This document shows, piece by piece, positions 9,919-17,417 of a DNA stretch of 32,000 bases. Each line of letters opens with the position of its first letter. Position 1 is the first letter of the stretch. Under the pieces are notes generated by a model. It saw only the letters and a program-made list of their open reading frames with translations. It was not told where the DNA came from and made no database searches. Source of the stretch: Microbacterium phage Fulton; the sequence record PQ559670.1. One strand, 5' to 3'. Both the position numbers and the translations under genes were made by a program.

Positions 9919-9944
9919 GCTCCATCTCCACCCCAGGGGGAATC

Positions 9945-10493
9945 ATGACTAAGCCCATCCAGGTGATCAGCCGGTGGAAGCGTTTCGCTCGCCTCACCGT
10001 GTGGCACCCGATCAACACAGACCCCAATGACGACTACCGAGACGGCCCTCGCTTCTGGTACCCCACGTTCGATCTGTTCATGGTCGCCCTGGGTGTGTGC
10101 GCCTTCTTCATCGGTTCACCCTTGCTGAACAAGCTGTTTCCGACATGGTTCGTGGACAGCCTGGGGGTGTCTATCACGGCCGCAGCTATCCTCGCTGCTG
10201 TAGGCGCTATCTTCCCGAAGCTGTTTATGCTCGAGATCGCTGGCAAGCTGGCTCTCGTCTTCTTGCTCGGCGGGTACGCAGGTACTATCGGCTCCCTGTC
10301 TCAGAACGCGGGAGAGAACGGATTCGTGGTCCTCACCCTGTTCAGCCTGGTATGGCTGCTGGGTCCTCGGCTGTCGTGGCTGTTCCGCCGCCTCGGAAAG
10401 TGGATTGCTGCCACCCCCGCAGGTCAGCGCGCCGCGCTGCGTAGGGCGCACCGCCAGGCCACACGTGAGGCGAAGCGGAGGGCGCGGCGATGA
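9945..10493 (+). CDS. Membrane protein (lysis module)
   Basis: 182 aa with several hydrophobic segments and basic C-terminus (AHRQATREAKRRARR); follows endolysin; AGGGGG RBS. Confidence 0.7.
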   Translation: MTKPIQVISRWKRFARLTVWHPINTDPNDDYRDGPRFWYPTFDLFMVALGVCAFFIGSPLLNKLFPTWFVDSLGVSITAAAILAAVGAIFPKLFMLEIAGKLALVFLLGGYAGTIGSLSQNAGENGFVVLTLFSLVWLLGPRLSWLFRRLGKWIAATPAGQRAALRRAHRQATREAKRRARR

Positions 10494-10852
10494 ATTGGAC
10501 TGACCCCTGGGTGCCGGGATTCGTCACCGGCTCAATCGCTCTGGTGGCTGCCATCGCTACCGGCATCATCACCAGCCTGTTCGCCGCTCGCCTCGCTGCC
10601 AAGAACCACGCCCGCGCCAGCGCCGCCCCCGGCGCGCCTACCGTGCAGCAGGTCTGGGAGCGCCAGGACAAGATGGAGCGCGCCTTGGGTGCAGCCCTGA
10701 CCCTGGTGGGCGAGCTGGTGGAGCAGCACGACAACCCCGGCGGACTGCGGCTGAGCCCCACCGCCATTAGGATTCTCCGTGAGACCGAGTACATGCCCAC
10801 GGAGCTCGAAGACGTTCTGCAAGAGAACGAATCCAACAAGAACAAGGAGTAA
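10490..10852 (+). CDS. Small membrane protein, holin/spanin-region candidate
   Basis: One N-terminal TM segment, charged C-terminus; ATGA overlap with upstream gene. Confidence 0.6.
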   Translation: MNWTDPWVPGFVTGSIALVAAIATGIITSLFAARLAAKNHARASAAPGAPTVQQVWERQDKMERALGAALTLVGELVEQHDNPGGLRLSPTAIRILRETEYMPTELEDVLQENESNKNKE

Positions 10853-10855
10853 CAC

Positions 10856-11203
10856 ATGGACATCGCATTCACCCTCGATCCGGCACTGGTCATCGGCCTG
10901 CTGGTCAGCACGGTCCTGCCGCTGCTGGTCGGCCTGGTCACCACGCGGGTCACCCACGGCGGCATCAAGGCGGTCCTGCTGGCCGCGCTGGCGCTCGTCA
11001 CGTCGCTGCTCACCGAGCTTGGTGTGGCCGTCTCGAACGGCACCACCTACGACATCGGTCAGGGGCTGCTGCTCGCCATCCCCACCTTCCTCATCGCGGT
11101 CGGCATGCACTACGGCCTCTGGAAGCCCACCACGGCCTCCGAGAAGGTCCAGAACGTGCTGGTCACTGCCAAGGGTGAGGACGGCACCTACCGAGCCGGC
11201 TGA
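10856..11203 (+). CDS. Holin candidate
   Basis: 115 aa with about three predicted TM segments (ALVIGLLVSTVLPLLVGLV; AVLLAALALVTSLLTELG; GLLLAIPTFLIAVGMHYGL). Confidence 0.6.
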   Translation: MDIAFTLDPALVIGLLVSTVLPLLVGLVTTRVTHGGIKAVLLAALALVTSLLTELGVAVSNGTTYDIGQGLLLAIPTFLIAVGMHYGLWKPTTASEKVQNVLVTAKGEDGTYRAG

Positions 11204-11215
11204 GACACCTACAGA

Positions 11216-11245
11216 GGCACCCCTGGCCGGTTGGCTGGGGGTGCC
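11216..11245. terminator. Bidirectional terminator hairpin between convergent transcription units
   Basis: GGCACCCC-tg-GCC-ggtt-GGC-tg-GGGGTGCC, symmetric stem, between + strand lysis genes and the end of - strand genes. Confidence 0.7.
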
Positions 11246-11367
11246 TTACTGTGTGCCCGTCGGCGAGCCCTTCTGAGCGCTTGAGAGCCAGCCTCTCTAC
11301 CGGTCCCCGCCCCCGTACAGCAGAACGGCCCCCTGGCAACGCCAGAGAGCCGCTCGGAGCCTGCGAG

Positions 11368-11553
11368 CTACGGCAGGACGGGGAACTTGTCAGCCAGGTT
11401 GACGATCCTGGCTCCGATGTCCGTCTCGAGCTTGGCCCGCAGGTGATCGATACGACGCACCCGGATGACGCGGGCCTCGTTCCCTTCCGGGTCGATGATG
11501 ACGTCATTGTGGTTGAGGTTCTCGACCTTGACCTGCTTCGTGGACTGTGCCAT
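11368..11553 (-). CDS. Small hypothetical protein
   Basis: 61-aa ORF MAQSTKQVKVENLNHNDVIIDPEGNEARV... with AAGGAATC upstream. Confidence 0.6.
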   Translation of the reverse strand: MAQSTKQVKVENLNHNDVIIDPEGNEARVIRVRRIDHLRAKLETDIGARIVNLADKFPVLP

Positions 11554-11565
11554 GATTCCTTCTCC

Positions 11566-11751
11566 TTATCGTGATGCGATGGCTGCGCGGAGGCGGCGTA
11601 CCTCAGCGACGTAGACGGGGTTGGTGCGCATGTTGGCAGCCTGGCCACCCAGCACGCGCTGGAGGTGCTGCTCGAGTGCGACCTTGGTGGTGTCACTGTA
11701 GATGATACCGAAGGTGGTGACCGTGTTGCCGGGGATGCGTACCTTGTTCAT
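11566..11751 (-). CDS. Small hypothetical protein, possibly leaderless
   Basis: 61-aa ORF MNKVRIPGNTVTTFGIIYSDTTKVALEQ...; -10-like TAAGCT 6 nt before the ATG. Confidence 0.6.
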   Translation of the reverse strand: MNKVRIPGNTVTTFGIIYSDTTKVALEQHLQRVLGGQAANMRTNPVYVAEVRRLRAAIASR

Positions 11752-11757
11752 GTGAAT

Positions 11758-11788
11758 AGCTTAGCACGGATCATGAAGCCGTGTGCAA
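11758..11788 (-). promoter_or_regulatory. Promoter-like TTGCAC-N19-TAAGCT
   Basis: Shares CTTCATGATCCGTGCTAAGCT with the other sites; -10 6 nt before ATG 11751. Confidence 0.4.
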
Positions 11789-11953
11789 CTTCTTTTCACA
11801 TTTCTTGCAGAGCACTTCCTTGATGGGCTCCGTCTGCCAGGCACGGCTCCAGCCGCCCACCGGCAGCCCGCAGGCCGTCCGGTCCCAGCTGCCCTCTTCC
11901 ATGAGGTGCTGCAAGCTGGGCCGACCGGCTGCGGTCCGCGCTATGGTGAACAT
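11771..11953 (-). CDS. Small protein with CxxC (CKKCEKK)
   Basis: 60-aa ORF overlapping the upstream gene's stop by one nt. Confidence 0.55.
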   Translation of the reverse strand: MFTIARTAAGRPSLQHLMEEGSWDRTACGLPVGGWSRAWQTEPIKEVLCKKCEKKLHTAS

Positions 11954-12465
11954 TACTCGCCGGCCCAGGTGCGGTCAGCGTTCTTGGCCAGACCGGCACC
12001 GTGGCAGCAGGGGAGGAACTCGAGCGGCCAAGCTGCGTCCGCCCCGCCCTCGTTGAGGAAGTCGTCGTTGAAGTCGATCCACACATCCCGCTCGTCGGTG
12101 CCAGCGGGGAACGTCTGGGTGTGGATGCCGTTGTGCGCTGCGCGCTTGGTGGCTGCCTTCTTGAGATCGGCGCAGTCAGCCGCGTGAACCTTGATGTCCT
12201 GGCCGTTGGCGAATGCCAGCTTGATGAACTTGCCCGCTGCGGGATTCTTGGCTGCCGCCTTGGGTGTGGCCTGAGCTGCGCGGCAGCCCTCGCAGAAGTC
12301 GGCGCCGTGGGTGTAGTACGCGGCGGACTGGGTAGCCGAGTTGACGATGGAGCCGTGGTCCTCACAGACCGTGACCCACTTGCCGTCGGTGGCGTCGAGC
12401 TTGAGTTCGGCTGCGGTGCCTACGGTGAGCTTCTCGCCGGTGCCGCGGATGGTACGTGTGAACAT
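11953..12465 (-). CDS. Hypothetical protein with Cys/His-rich N-terminus
   Basis: 170 aa; VCEDHGS...FCEGC; AAGGAG RBS. Confidence 0.7.
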   Translation of the reverse strand: MFTRTIRGTGEKLTVGTAAELKLDATDGKWVTVCEDHGSIVNSATQSAAYYTHGADFCEGCRAAQATPKAAAKNPAAGKFIKLAFANGQDIKVHAADCADLKKAATKRAAHNGIHTQTFPAGTDERDVWIDFNDDFLNEGGADAAWPLEFLPCCHGAGLAKNADRTWAGE

Positions 12466-12504
12466 GATGTGCTCCTTGCGCTGAGCGGGTTGGTTGATAC
12501 CATC

Positions 12505-12533
12505 AGCTTACACGGAGTGATGAAGGAGCACAA
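12505..12533 (-). promoter_or_regulatory. Promoter TTGTGC-N17-TAAGCT upstream of 11953..12465
   Basis: Spacer CTTCATCACTCCGTG similar to the 27246 and 11758 sites. Confidence 0.45.
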
Positions 12534-12542
12534 CCCTCAAGT

Positions 12543-14210
12543 TCAATTTTCTTCTAGAACCGGTCGCTTGATGACCTTGAGCGCGTTGTCGACGTAGTGC
12601 TGCGTGTTGGTGCGCTTGGTCTGCACACCCATGCGAAGGAAGTCCTCGTCCTCGGCTGGGGCAGCCAGGCTCATGATGAAATCAGACCAGGCGTGCAGCG
12701 CTGTAGCCCCCAGGATGGACTCCTGGATGGACTCACCCTTCTCGAAGACCCGCTTTCGAGTATGGTGGATGAACAGCACTGCACACCCGGTCGCCTTGGC
12801 AATGTCCTTGACCGGCTTCAGTACGGCGTACATCTCCTTCTGGTCGGAGACGTTACCCTTGCCGATGGCCATGGACAGAGTGTCAATGATGACAAGTTTG
12901 AGGTCGTGCTTGACGATGGTTTCGTAGAGCCGCTGCTGGTCCTCAGGCGTGCTGAGGTCGACCTGCGCGAAGTTGGTGAAGAGCTGCATGGGTACGGGCG
13001 GCTCCCAGACCAGGGTGCCGTCGCCTTCCGGCTTGATGTGGCCATCCCAGTGGTACTTCTCGCGGCCGTGGTGCAGCCCCGATGCCAGACGCTCAGCGAA
13101 CAGGTATTCCCCATCCTCCAAGCTGAAGAAGCCGACAGCCTTGGGGCGCTGACTGGAGATGCCCAGCGGTCGCCGGCCAGTAGCCAGGCCCAGCGCGACC
13201 TCGATGGCGACACGGGTCTTGCCGACCTTCGGCGCGGCCACAATCAAGCCGCAGCCCGCTTCGGGGATGATACCCGGCAGCACCCACTTGAACGGCTTGC
13301 GCAGCACCGGCCCGAAGTCGGCGACGGTGGCCATGTCCCAGGCTTCGATGGGCGCGTCCTCGTCGAACTCCTGCTCGACGTGCTCCTTCGCCTGCGCCTG
13401 TGCCGGGTCCTTGGTGGGCGCTGCCGGTGCAGCTTCGTACGCCTTGGCGATGTCGTCCTTGAGCCGCTGCGGGTCGTCAGTCCACTTGTTCCACTTGGTC
13501 GCCTTGATCAGCTTGAAGGTGAGGTCTTCGGGGATCAGCAGCTCGCTTGCGTTGCGGCTGAACTTCCACAGCAGCTTGGAGCGGTCGCCGTAGGGATCGT
13601 CGGCACCCAGCTCGCTAGCCAGTCCCGGCGAGAAGCCCAGCACGCGGGCCACACGGGAGAGCAGCATGCCTCGGGTGTACACGGTGCCAGCGGCCCTGAG
13701 AACGCGGCCCTGGAACGCCTCGCGCTTGTGGTGCCAGGTGCCAGGCACCCGCAGCAGCTGACCCACGTCGACACCCGACGGGTCGGCGCCGATGGCCTGG
13801 GTGATCATACCGATCAGGCCGTCACGGTTGAACTCGCTGCGCGGCACCTTCTCCTTGAGCAGCCAGACGGCTTGAGTGTGGCCGGGGCTGGTCTCCCACA
13901 TGAAAGACGGCCGCAACGCCTCGAGCATCTTGGCGTCATGACCGTCATCAGCGTCGACCCAGATGGCCCGCTGGCTGGGGTACTTCTTGGCACGGCGCGT
14001 TTCGCCGTTGCTGACCGCCGGTGTCCAGTACCAGTCACGGTCATCGAGGAGCTCGGGGATGACAGGCTTGGCAGTGTGCAGCACCGCGCCTTCGCGGAAC
14101 TTTTCCTTGTCCTTGTCACCGATGTTCTGGATTGCGGGCATCCAGACATTGCCTTTGATGCCTGAGTGCGCCCACACCTTGCGGACTACGTCGAGAGGGT
14201 TGCTATCCAC
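12543..14210 (-). CDS. RepA-like (AAA_25) replicative helicase with N-terminal prim-pol (RepB_primase-like) domain
   Basis: N-term AIWVDADDGHDAKM...WETSPGHTQAVWLL...GADPSGVDVGQLLRVPGTWHHK; C-term Walker A IVAAPKVGKTR, Walker B LVIIDTLSMA, VLFIHHTRK. Confidence 0.8.
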   Translation of the reverse strand: MDSNPLDVVRKVWAHSGIKGNVWMPAIQNIGDKDKEKFREGAVLHTAKPVIPELLDDRDWYWTPAVSNGETRRAKKYPSQRAIWVDADDGHDAKMLEALRPSFMWETSPGHTQAVWLLKEKVPRSEFNRDGLIGMITQAIGADPSGVDVGQLLRVPGTWHHKREAFQGRVLRAAGTVYTRGMLLSRVARVLGFSPGLASELGADDPYGDRSKLLWKFSRNASELLIPEDLTFKLIKATKWNKWTDDPQRLKDDIAKAYEAAPAAPTKDPAQAQAKEHVEQEFDEDAPIEAWDMATVADFGPVLRKPFKWVLPGIIPEAGCGLIVAAPKVGKTRVAIEVALGLATGRRPLGISSQRPKAVGFFSLEDGEYLFAERLASGLHHGREKYHWDGHIKPEGDGTLVWEPPVPMQLFTNFAQVDLSTPEDQQRLYETIVKHDLKLVIIDTLSMAIGKGNVSDQKEMYAVLKPVKDIAKATGCAVLFIHHTRKRVFEKGESIQESILGATALHAWSDFIMSLAAPAEDEDFLRMGVQTKRTNTQHYVDNALKVIKRPVLEEN

Positions 14211-14479
14211 GCCACTACTTCCTGAGCCTGGGGGTCATGGCTGACAAACGTTGCGCCGCCTGCCTGACTGAACTTATTGAGGGTGTATAGCTGCGATTCG
14301 GTGGGCTTTTCCCTAGCCGTCTTCTTGGCCTCGATGGTGAAGAAGTAACCGTGTGCGCAGCCGATGATATCGGGGGTACCCTTCTGCTGAAAGGCACCCC
14401 CGTGAGTGCGGAGGCAGTACACCCCAGGAATAGCGTTGAGCCGCTTCATCATGCGGCGCACCACCTCCGCCTCATCCAT
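14186..14479 (-). CDS. VRR-NUC domain nuclease
   Basis: GVYCLRTHGGAFQQKGTPDIIGCAHGYFFTIEAKKTAREKPTESQLYTL: GxPDI...xxExK motif of VRR-NUC. Confidence 0.85.
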   Translation of the reverse strand: MDEAEVVRRMMKRLNAIPGVYCLRTHGGAFQQKGTPDIIGCAHGYFFTIEAKKTAREKPTESQLYTLNKFSQAGGATFVSHDPQAQEVVAWIATLST

Positions 14480-15339
14480 CAGCGGCGCTTGACGACGCGG
14501 CGAGCCGGGGCAGCCTTGGCCGGTGCAGCCTTGGCAGCGGGCTTGCGGGCAGCAGCACGACGGCGGGGAGCCGGCTCGGGCTCCTCCTCCTCGTCCTCCT
14601 CGTCGTCGAACTCCTCGTCCTCGAGGTCCTCGTCACCCAGGTCCTCGTCGTCGAGGTCATCCTCCTCGTCGGAGTCGTCCTCCTCGTCCGCCTCGCCGAG
14701 CTCCTCCTCGATGACCAGCTCGACGAGCTCGTCCTTCTTGACGCCGTCGGTGTCGATGCCGAGGCCCTTGGCCCGCTTGCGCAGGGCTGCCAGGGTGAGC
14801 GCCTCGATCTCCTCACGGAGCTCGTCCTCGTCACCCTCCTCCTCTTCGTCGTACTCCTCGTCGTCCTCTTCGACCTCGTCGGCCTCTTCGTCGATGTCGT
14901 CCTCGTCGACCTCGTCCTCGTCGCCGGCGACCTGGTCCTCGTCGTCGATGATGCTGCGGTCGTAGACGCCGTCGATCTCGCTGCGCCCTGCGTACTGGCC
15001 GGTCGCGTCCGAGACCTCAGCTGCGATGATCTTGCCCACCGGAGCGTCGGGGTCGAGCGCCGTGCGCTTCTTGGGCACCGTCAGGCCCGCAGCGACGAAG
15101 ATGTCACGGAGCTTGAAGAGCTGGTTCTGCTGGTGCTTGCAGTAGTACGGGAACAGACGCGTCTTGTACTTCGGGTTCGTGGGGCGCAGGCCATACGTCC
15201 ACATCGTCGTCCCGTCGTTGGCGTCCTTGAGGTCCACCAGCTCGATCTTGAACTCGTGGAGGCCTTCCGGCATCTCCTTGGAGTTCCAGCCCGAGCGCTC
15301 CTCGACCTTGCTGAAGTCGAGCGTGATCTTCTTGCCCAT
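14479..15339 (-). CDS. DUF669-like putative ssDNA-binding protein with acidic linker, SAP/HeH-like segment and Lys/Ala/Pro-rich C-tail
   Basis: N-term ITLDFSKVEERSGWNSKEMPEGLHEFKIELVDLKD...; long Asp/Glu tracts; LTLAALRKRAKGLGIDTDGVKKDELVELVIEE; C-term RRRAAARKPAAKAAPAKAAPARRVVKRR. Confidence 0.65.
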   Translation of the reverse strand: MGKKITLDFSKVEERSGWNSKEMPEGLHEFKIELVDLKDANDGTTMWTYGLRPTNPKYKTRLFPYYCKHQQNQLFKLRDIFVAAGLTVPKKRTALDPDAPVGKIIAAEVSDATGQYAGRSEIDGVYDRSIIDDEDQVAGDEDEVDEDDIDEEADEVEEDDEEYDEEEEGDEDELREEIEALTLAALRKRAKGLGIDTDGVKKDELVELVIEEELGEADEEDDSDEEDDLDDEDLGDEDLEDEEFDDEEDEEEEPEPAPRRRAAARKPAAKAAPAKAAPARRVVKRR

Positions 15340-15370
15340 GTTGTTCGTTTCCTTTTCTTGATATTCTCGA

Positions 15371-16066
15371 CTAGCGGGTCCAGCCGAGAAGCTGGTTCAG
15401 CCGCCCGATGGAGGGCTGCTTGAGATATGGGGGGTTGCCGTGATACTTGTCGCTGCGGGCACCGGCCACAATGCTAGCACTTGGCCCCAGCCAGAGCCGG
15501 CGAACCGGCTTGTCGTTCACGTTGGCGATGTACAGGCGACCGATGGCGTCCGACATCTGAAGGAGGGCGCTGGCGCTGCCAGCTGACAGGTCCACGCTGA
15601 TCATGGCGGACTGCTCTTCGTCCTCATCCTCAGGGGTCCACTCCTGCTTGCCGTCTTCACCCAGTCCCTGCCCCGGCAGCGTGAAGCGTTCCTGCGCCAG
15701 CACGATGACCGTCTTGTTGCTGTCGCGCAGTGTGCGGATGAGTGTGGCCAGAGCGTTGTTCGCGTTGCCGAAGTCCTGCTTCCGGATCTGGGCACCAGGC
15801 CCACCGGCGGACTCCTGCTGGAACAGAAGGTGCAGGCTGGTCGCGGTGTCTACGACGAACCGCTGATGCTTCGCCAGGAAGCTGCTGTTGACGGTCTTGT
15901 TGATGGTCCTGGTGGACAGGTCCTCGAGGATGGTCATGCCCTGCGTGTCGATACCGAGGAGGCCTCGGTCGGCACTGAAGATGGCAGTCTTGCCCTTGGG
16001 GGCATCCTTGAGGGCCAGCGTGGTCTTGCCCACCTTGGGCCGACCGTAGATGGTGATGACGCTCAC
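15371..16066 (-). CDS. Sak4-like RecA-fold ATPase (recombination)
   Basis: GTG start at 16066 (SVITIYGRPKVGKTTLALKD, Walker A; RFVVDTATSL, Walker B; IVLAQE); the track ORF start at 16213 is upstream of the likely real one; overlaps the exonuclease stop (GTGA). Confidence 0.7.
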   Translation of the reverse strand: MSVITIYGRPKVGKTTLALKDAPKGKTAIFSADRGLLGIDTQGMTILEDLSTRTINKTVNSSFLAKHQRFVVDTATSLHLLFQQESAGGPGAQIRKQDFGNANNALATLIRTLRDSNKTVIVLAQERFTLPGQGLGEDGKQEWTPEDEDEEQSAMISVDLSAGSASALLQMSDAIGRLYIANVNDKPVRRLWLGPSASIVAGARSDKYHGNPPYLKQPSIGRLNQLLGWTR

Positions 16067-17241
16067 TTCTTGGCCTTCGCTTTCTTCTGGTTGGGGTAGT
16101 AGTCGAGCGGATCCCTGGTGGTGACGTACCGCGTGCGCTGCTCGATTTCGCTGGTGCCGTGCATGAGGTCTGCAACCGTGAGGTCCTTGTAGCCACAAGT
16201 ATACCCTGAACACGCGCTCAAGTTGCGCTCTACCTTGTCCGGGTCATCCCACTTGTAGTTCAGCAGCCGTGCAGCCGACGCATAGAAGGACTTGAGCTGG
16301 CGCTTGCGCTGGGCCTCGCTGAACACCAGGCGGTCACGCCGGAAGGTGTCGCTATAGTCGCGGTGCTTCAGCTCCATCAGGAACTCCTCGACGTAGGCTC
16401 GCTCCTCGGCATCCTCGATGGCCAGAAGGTCCTTCCCGCGGATGACGCTCATCAAGTTGTTCTTGATCAGCCACTCACGGAAGACCGGGTAGGTGGTGCC
16501 ACTGGGCTTCAGCACCCGGCTGAGCTTGCCCTTCTGCGTCAGCGTGGGCACCTTGATGGCGTTCGTACGGCAGTAGTCGTAGATGAAGCCCTTGGGCTGC
16601 GGCAGCGGCTTCCCCTTGTAGCGGAGCGCCTTGTAGGTCGGCGCCGTTTCACACGCCCAGAGGTAGCTGTAATGTTGGAAGGCGAGCTCCCGGTACCGCC
16701 AGTCGGGCAGTGTGGCATGAGTCTTGTGATCGCCCAGCCACACATCGCCCTGGTCATCAATCCAGATGATGTCGATGCGGCCGCGATACAGCACCTTCCC
16801 GCGGAACATGGTGCGCTCGACCGTGAGCTCGACTGCGACCGGGTGCAGGTGCTCGTGGAGCTTCTGCTCGTACAGCCAGTCATAGCTGAGGACGATGTTG
16901 TAGCACTCCTCCGCCAGGCCAGCCGTCTCCTCCTCGAACGTGTTCTCCTCGGCTTCCTTGATCAGCTCCTGATGCTTGGCCTTCCAGTCGCCGCCGTTGC
17001 CCCGCTCCTCGAGCAGAGCGTGGACCCAGGTGCCACGGGTGAGCGGCCTGCTGGCGAGCTTGGTGCGCAGCCCCAGGACGATGCTGTAGTACGTCTCGCG
17101 AGGACAGTTGACGAACCCGCTGACCATGCTCTGGGTGATGACCAGCTTGCCATCCTCAGTAGTGGGCCAGGTGCCGCGTGGACCGTGCCACGCCTTGGAG
17201 CCTGCCTTCTTGCCGGTCGCCGGCAGCGCCTTGGCGGGCAT
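16063..17241 (-). CDS. Cas4/RecB-like PD-(D/E)XK exonuclease
   Basis: VSGFVNCPRETYYSIVLGL...RGTWVHALLE...YRGRIDIIWIDDQGDVWLGDHKTH (D...DxK), C-terminal CSGYTCGYKDLC-like Cys region; start MPAKALPATG at 17241. Confidence 0.8.
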   Translation of the reverse strand: MPAKALPATGKKAGSKAWHGPRGTWPTTEDGKLVITQSMVSGFVNCPRETYYSIVLGLRTKLASRPLTRGTWVHALLEERGNGGDWKAKHQELIKEAEENTFEEETAGLAEECYNIVLSYDWLYEQKLHEHLHPVAVELTVERTMFRGKVLYRGRIDIIWIDDQGDVWLGDHKTHATLPDWRYRELAFQHYSYLWACETAPTYKALRYKGKPLPQPKGFIYDYCRTNAIKVPTLTQKGKLSRVLKPSGTTYPVFREWLIKNNLMSVIRGKDLLAIEDAEERAYVEEFLMELKHRDYSDTFRRDRLVFSEAQRKRQLKSFYASAARLLNYKWDDPDKVERNLSACSGYTCGYKDLTVADLMHGTSEIEQRTRYVTTRDPLDYYPNQKKAKAKK

Positions 17242-17417
17242 CAGGCAGCCACCCGCTCGACGATGTCCTCGTGGCTGACGACGAGGTGCTTCTGGCACAG
17301 CGTCCAGGCACACTTGAGGATGGAAGCGCTGCCACTGATCCAGGCCACCACCTGATAGTGATGCTTGCCTGTGAAGTGACCGCAGGGGGCACTAGAATTC
17401 GGCAAGGGCTTCACCAC
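17241..17417 (-). CDS. Small putative zinc-finger protein between polymerase and exonuclease
   Basis: 58-aa frame VVKPLPNSSAPCGHFTGKHHYQVVAWISGSASILKCAWTLCQKHLVVSHEDIVERVAA; CxH...C...C...H; fills the gap between two genes. Confidence 0.5.
   Translation of the reverse strand: MVKPLPNSSAPCGHFTGKHHYQVVAWISGSASILKCAWTLCQKHLVVSHEDIVERVAA

Noticed and set aside
12597-14165. 522-aa + strand ORF (12597..14165)
   Set aside because: Antisense to the prim-pol/helicase gene with Walker motifs; shadow ORF.
14523-14965. Ser-rich + strand ORFs (14351..14965) over the acidic region
   Set aside because: Poly-Ser translation is simply the antisense of GAG/GAC (Glu/Asp) tracts.
14538-15040. Possible tandem repeat/CRISPR-like array from repeated CTCCTCGTC/GTCGTC
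   Set aside because: Codon-level low complexity of an acidic coding sequence, no spacer-repeat structure.
16067-16213. Upstream start of the 15371..16213 ATPase ORF
   Set aside because: Extension overlaps the exonuclease gene out of frame and is low quality; GTG 16066 gives a standard GTGA coupling and places Walker A near the N-terminus.
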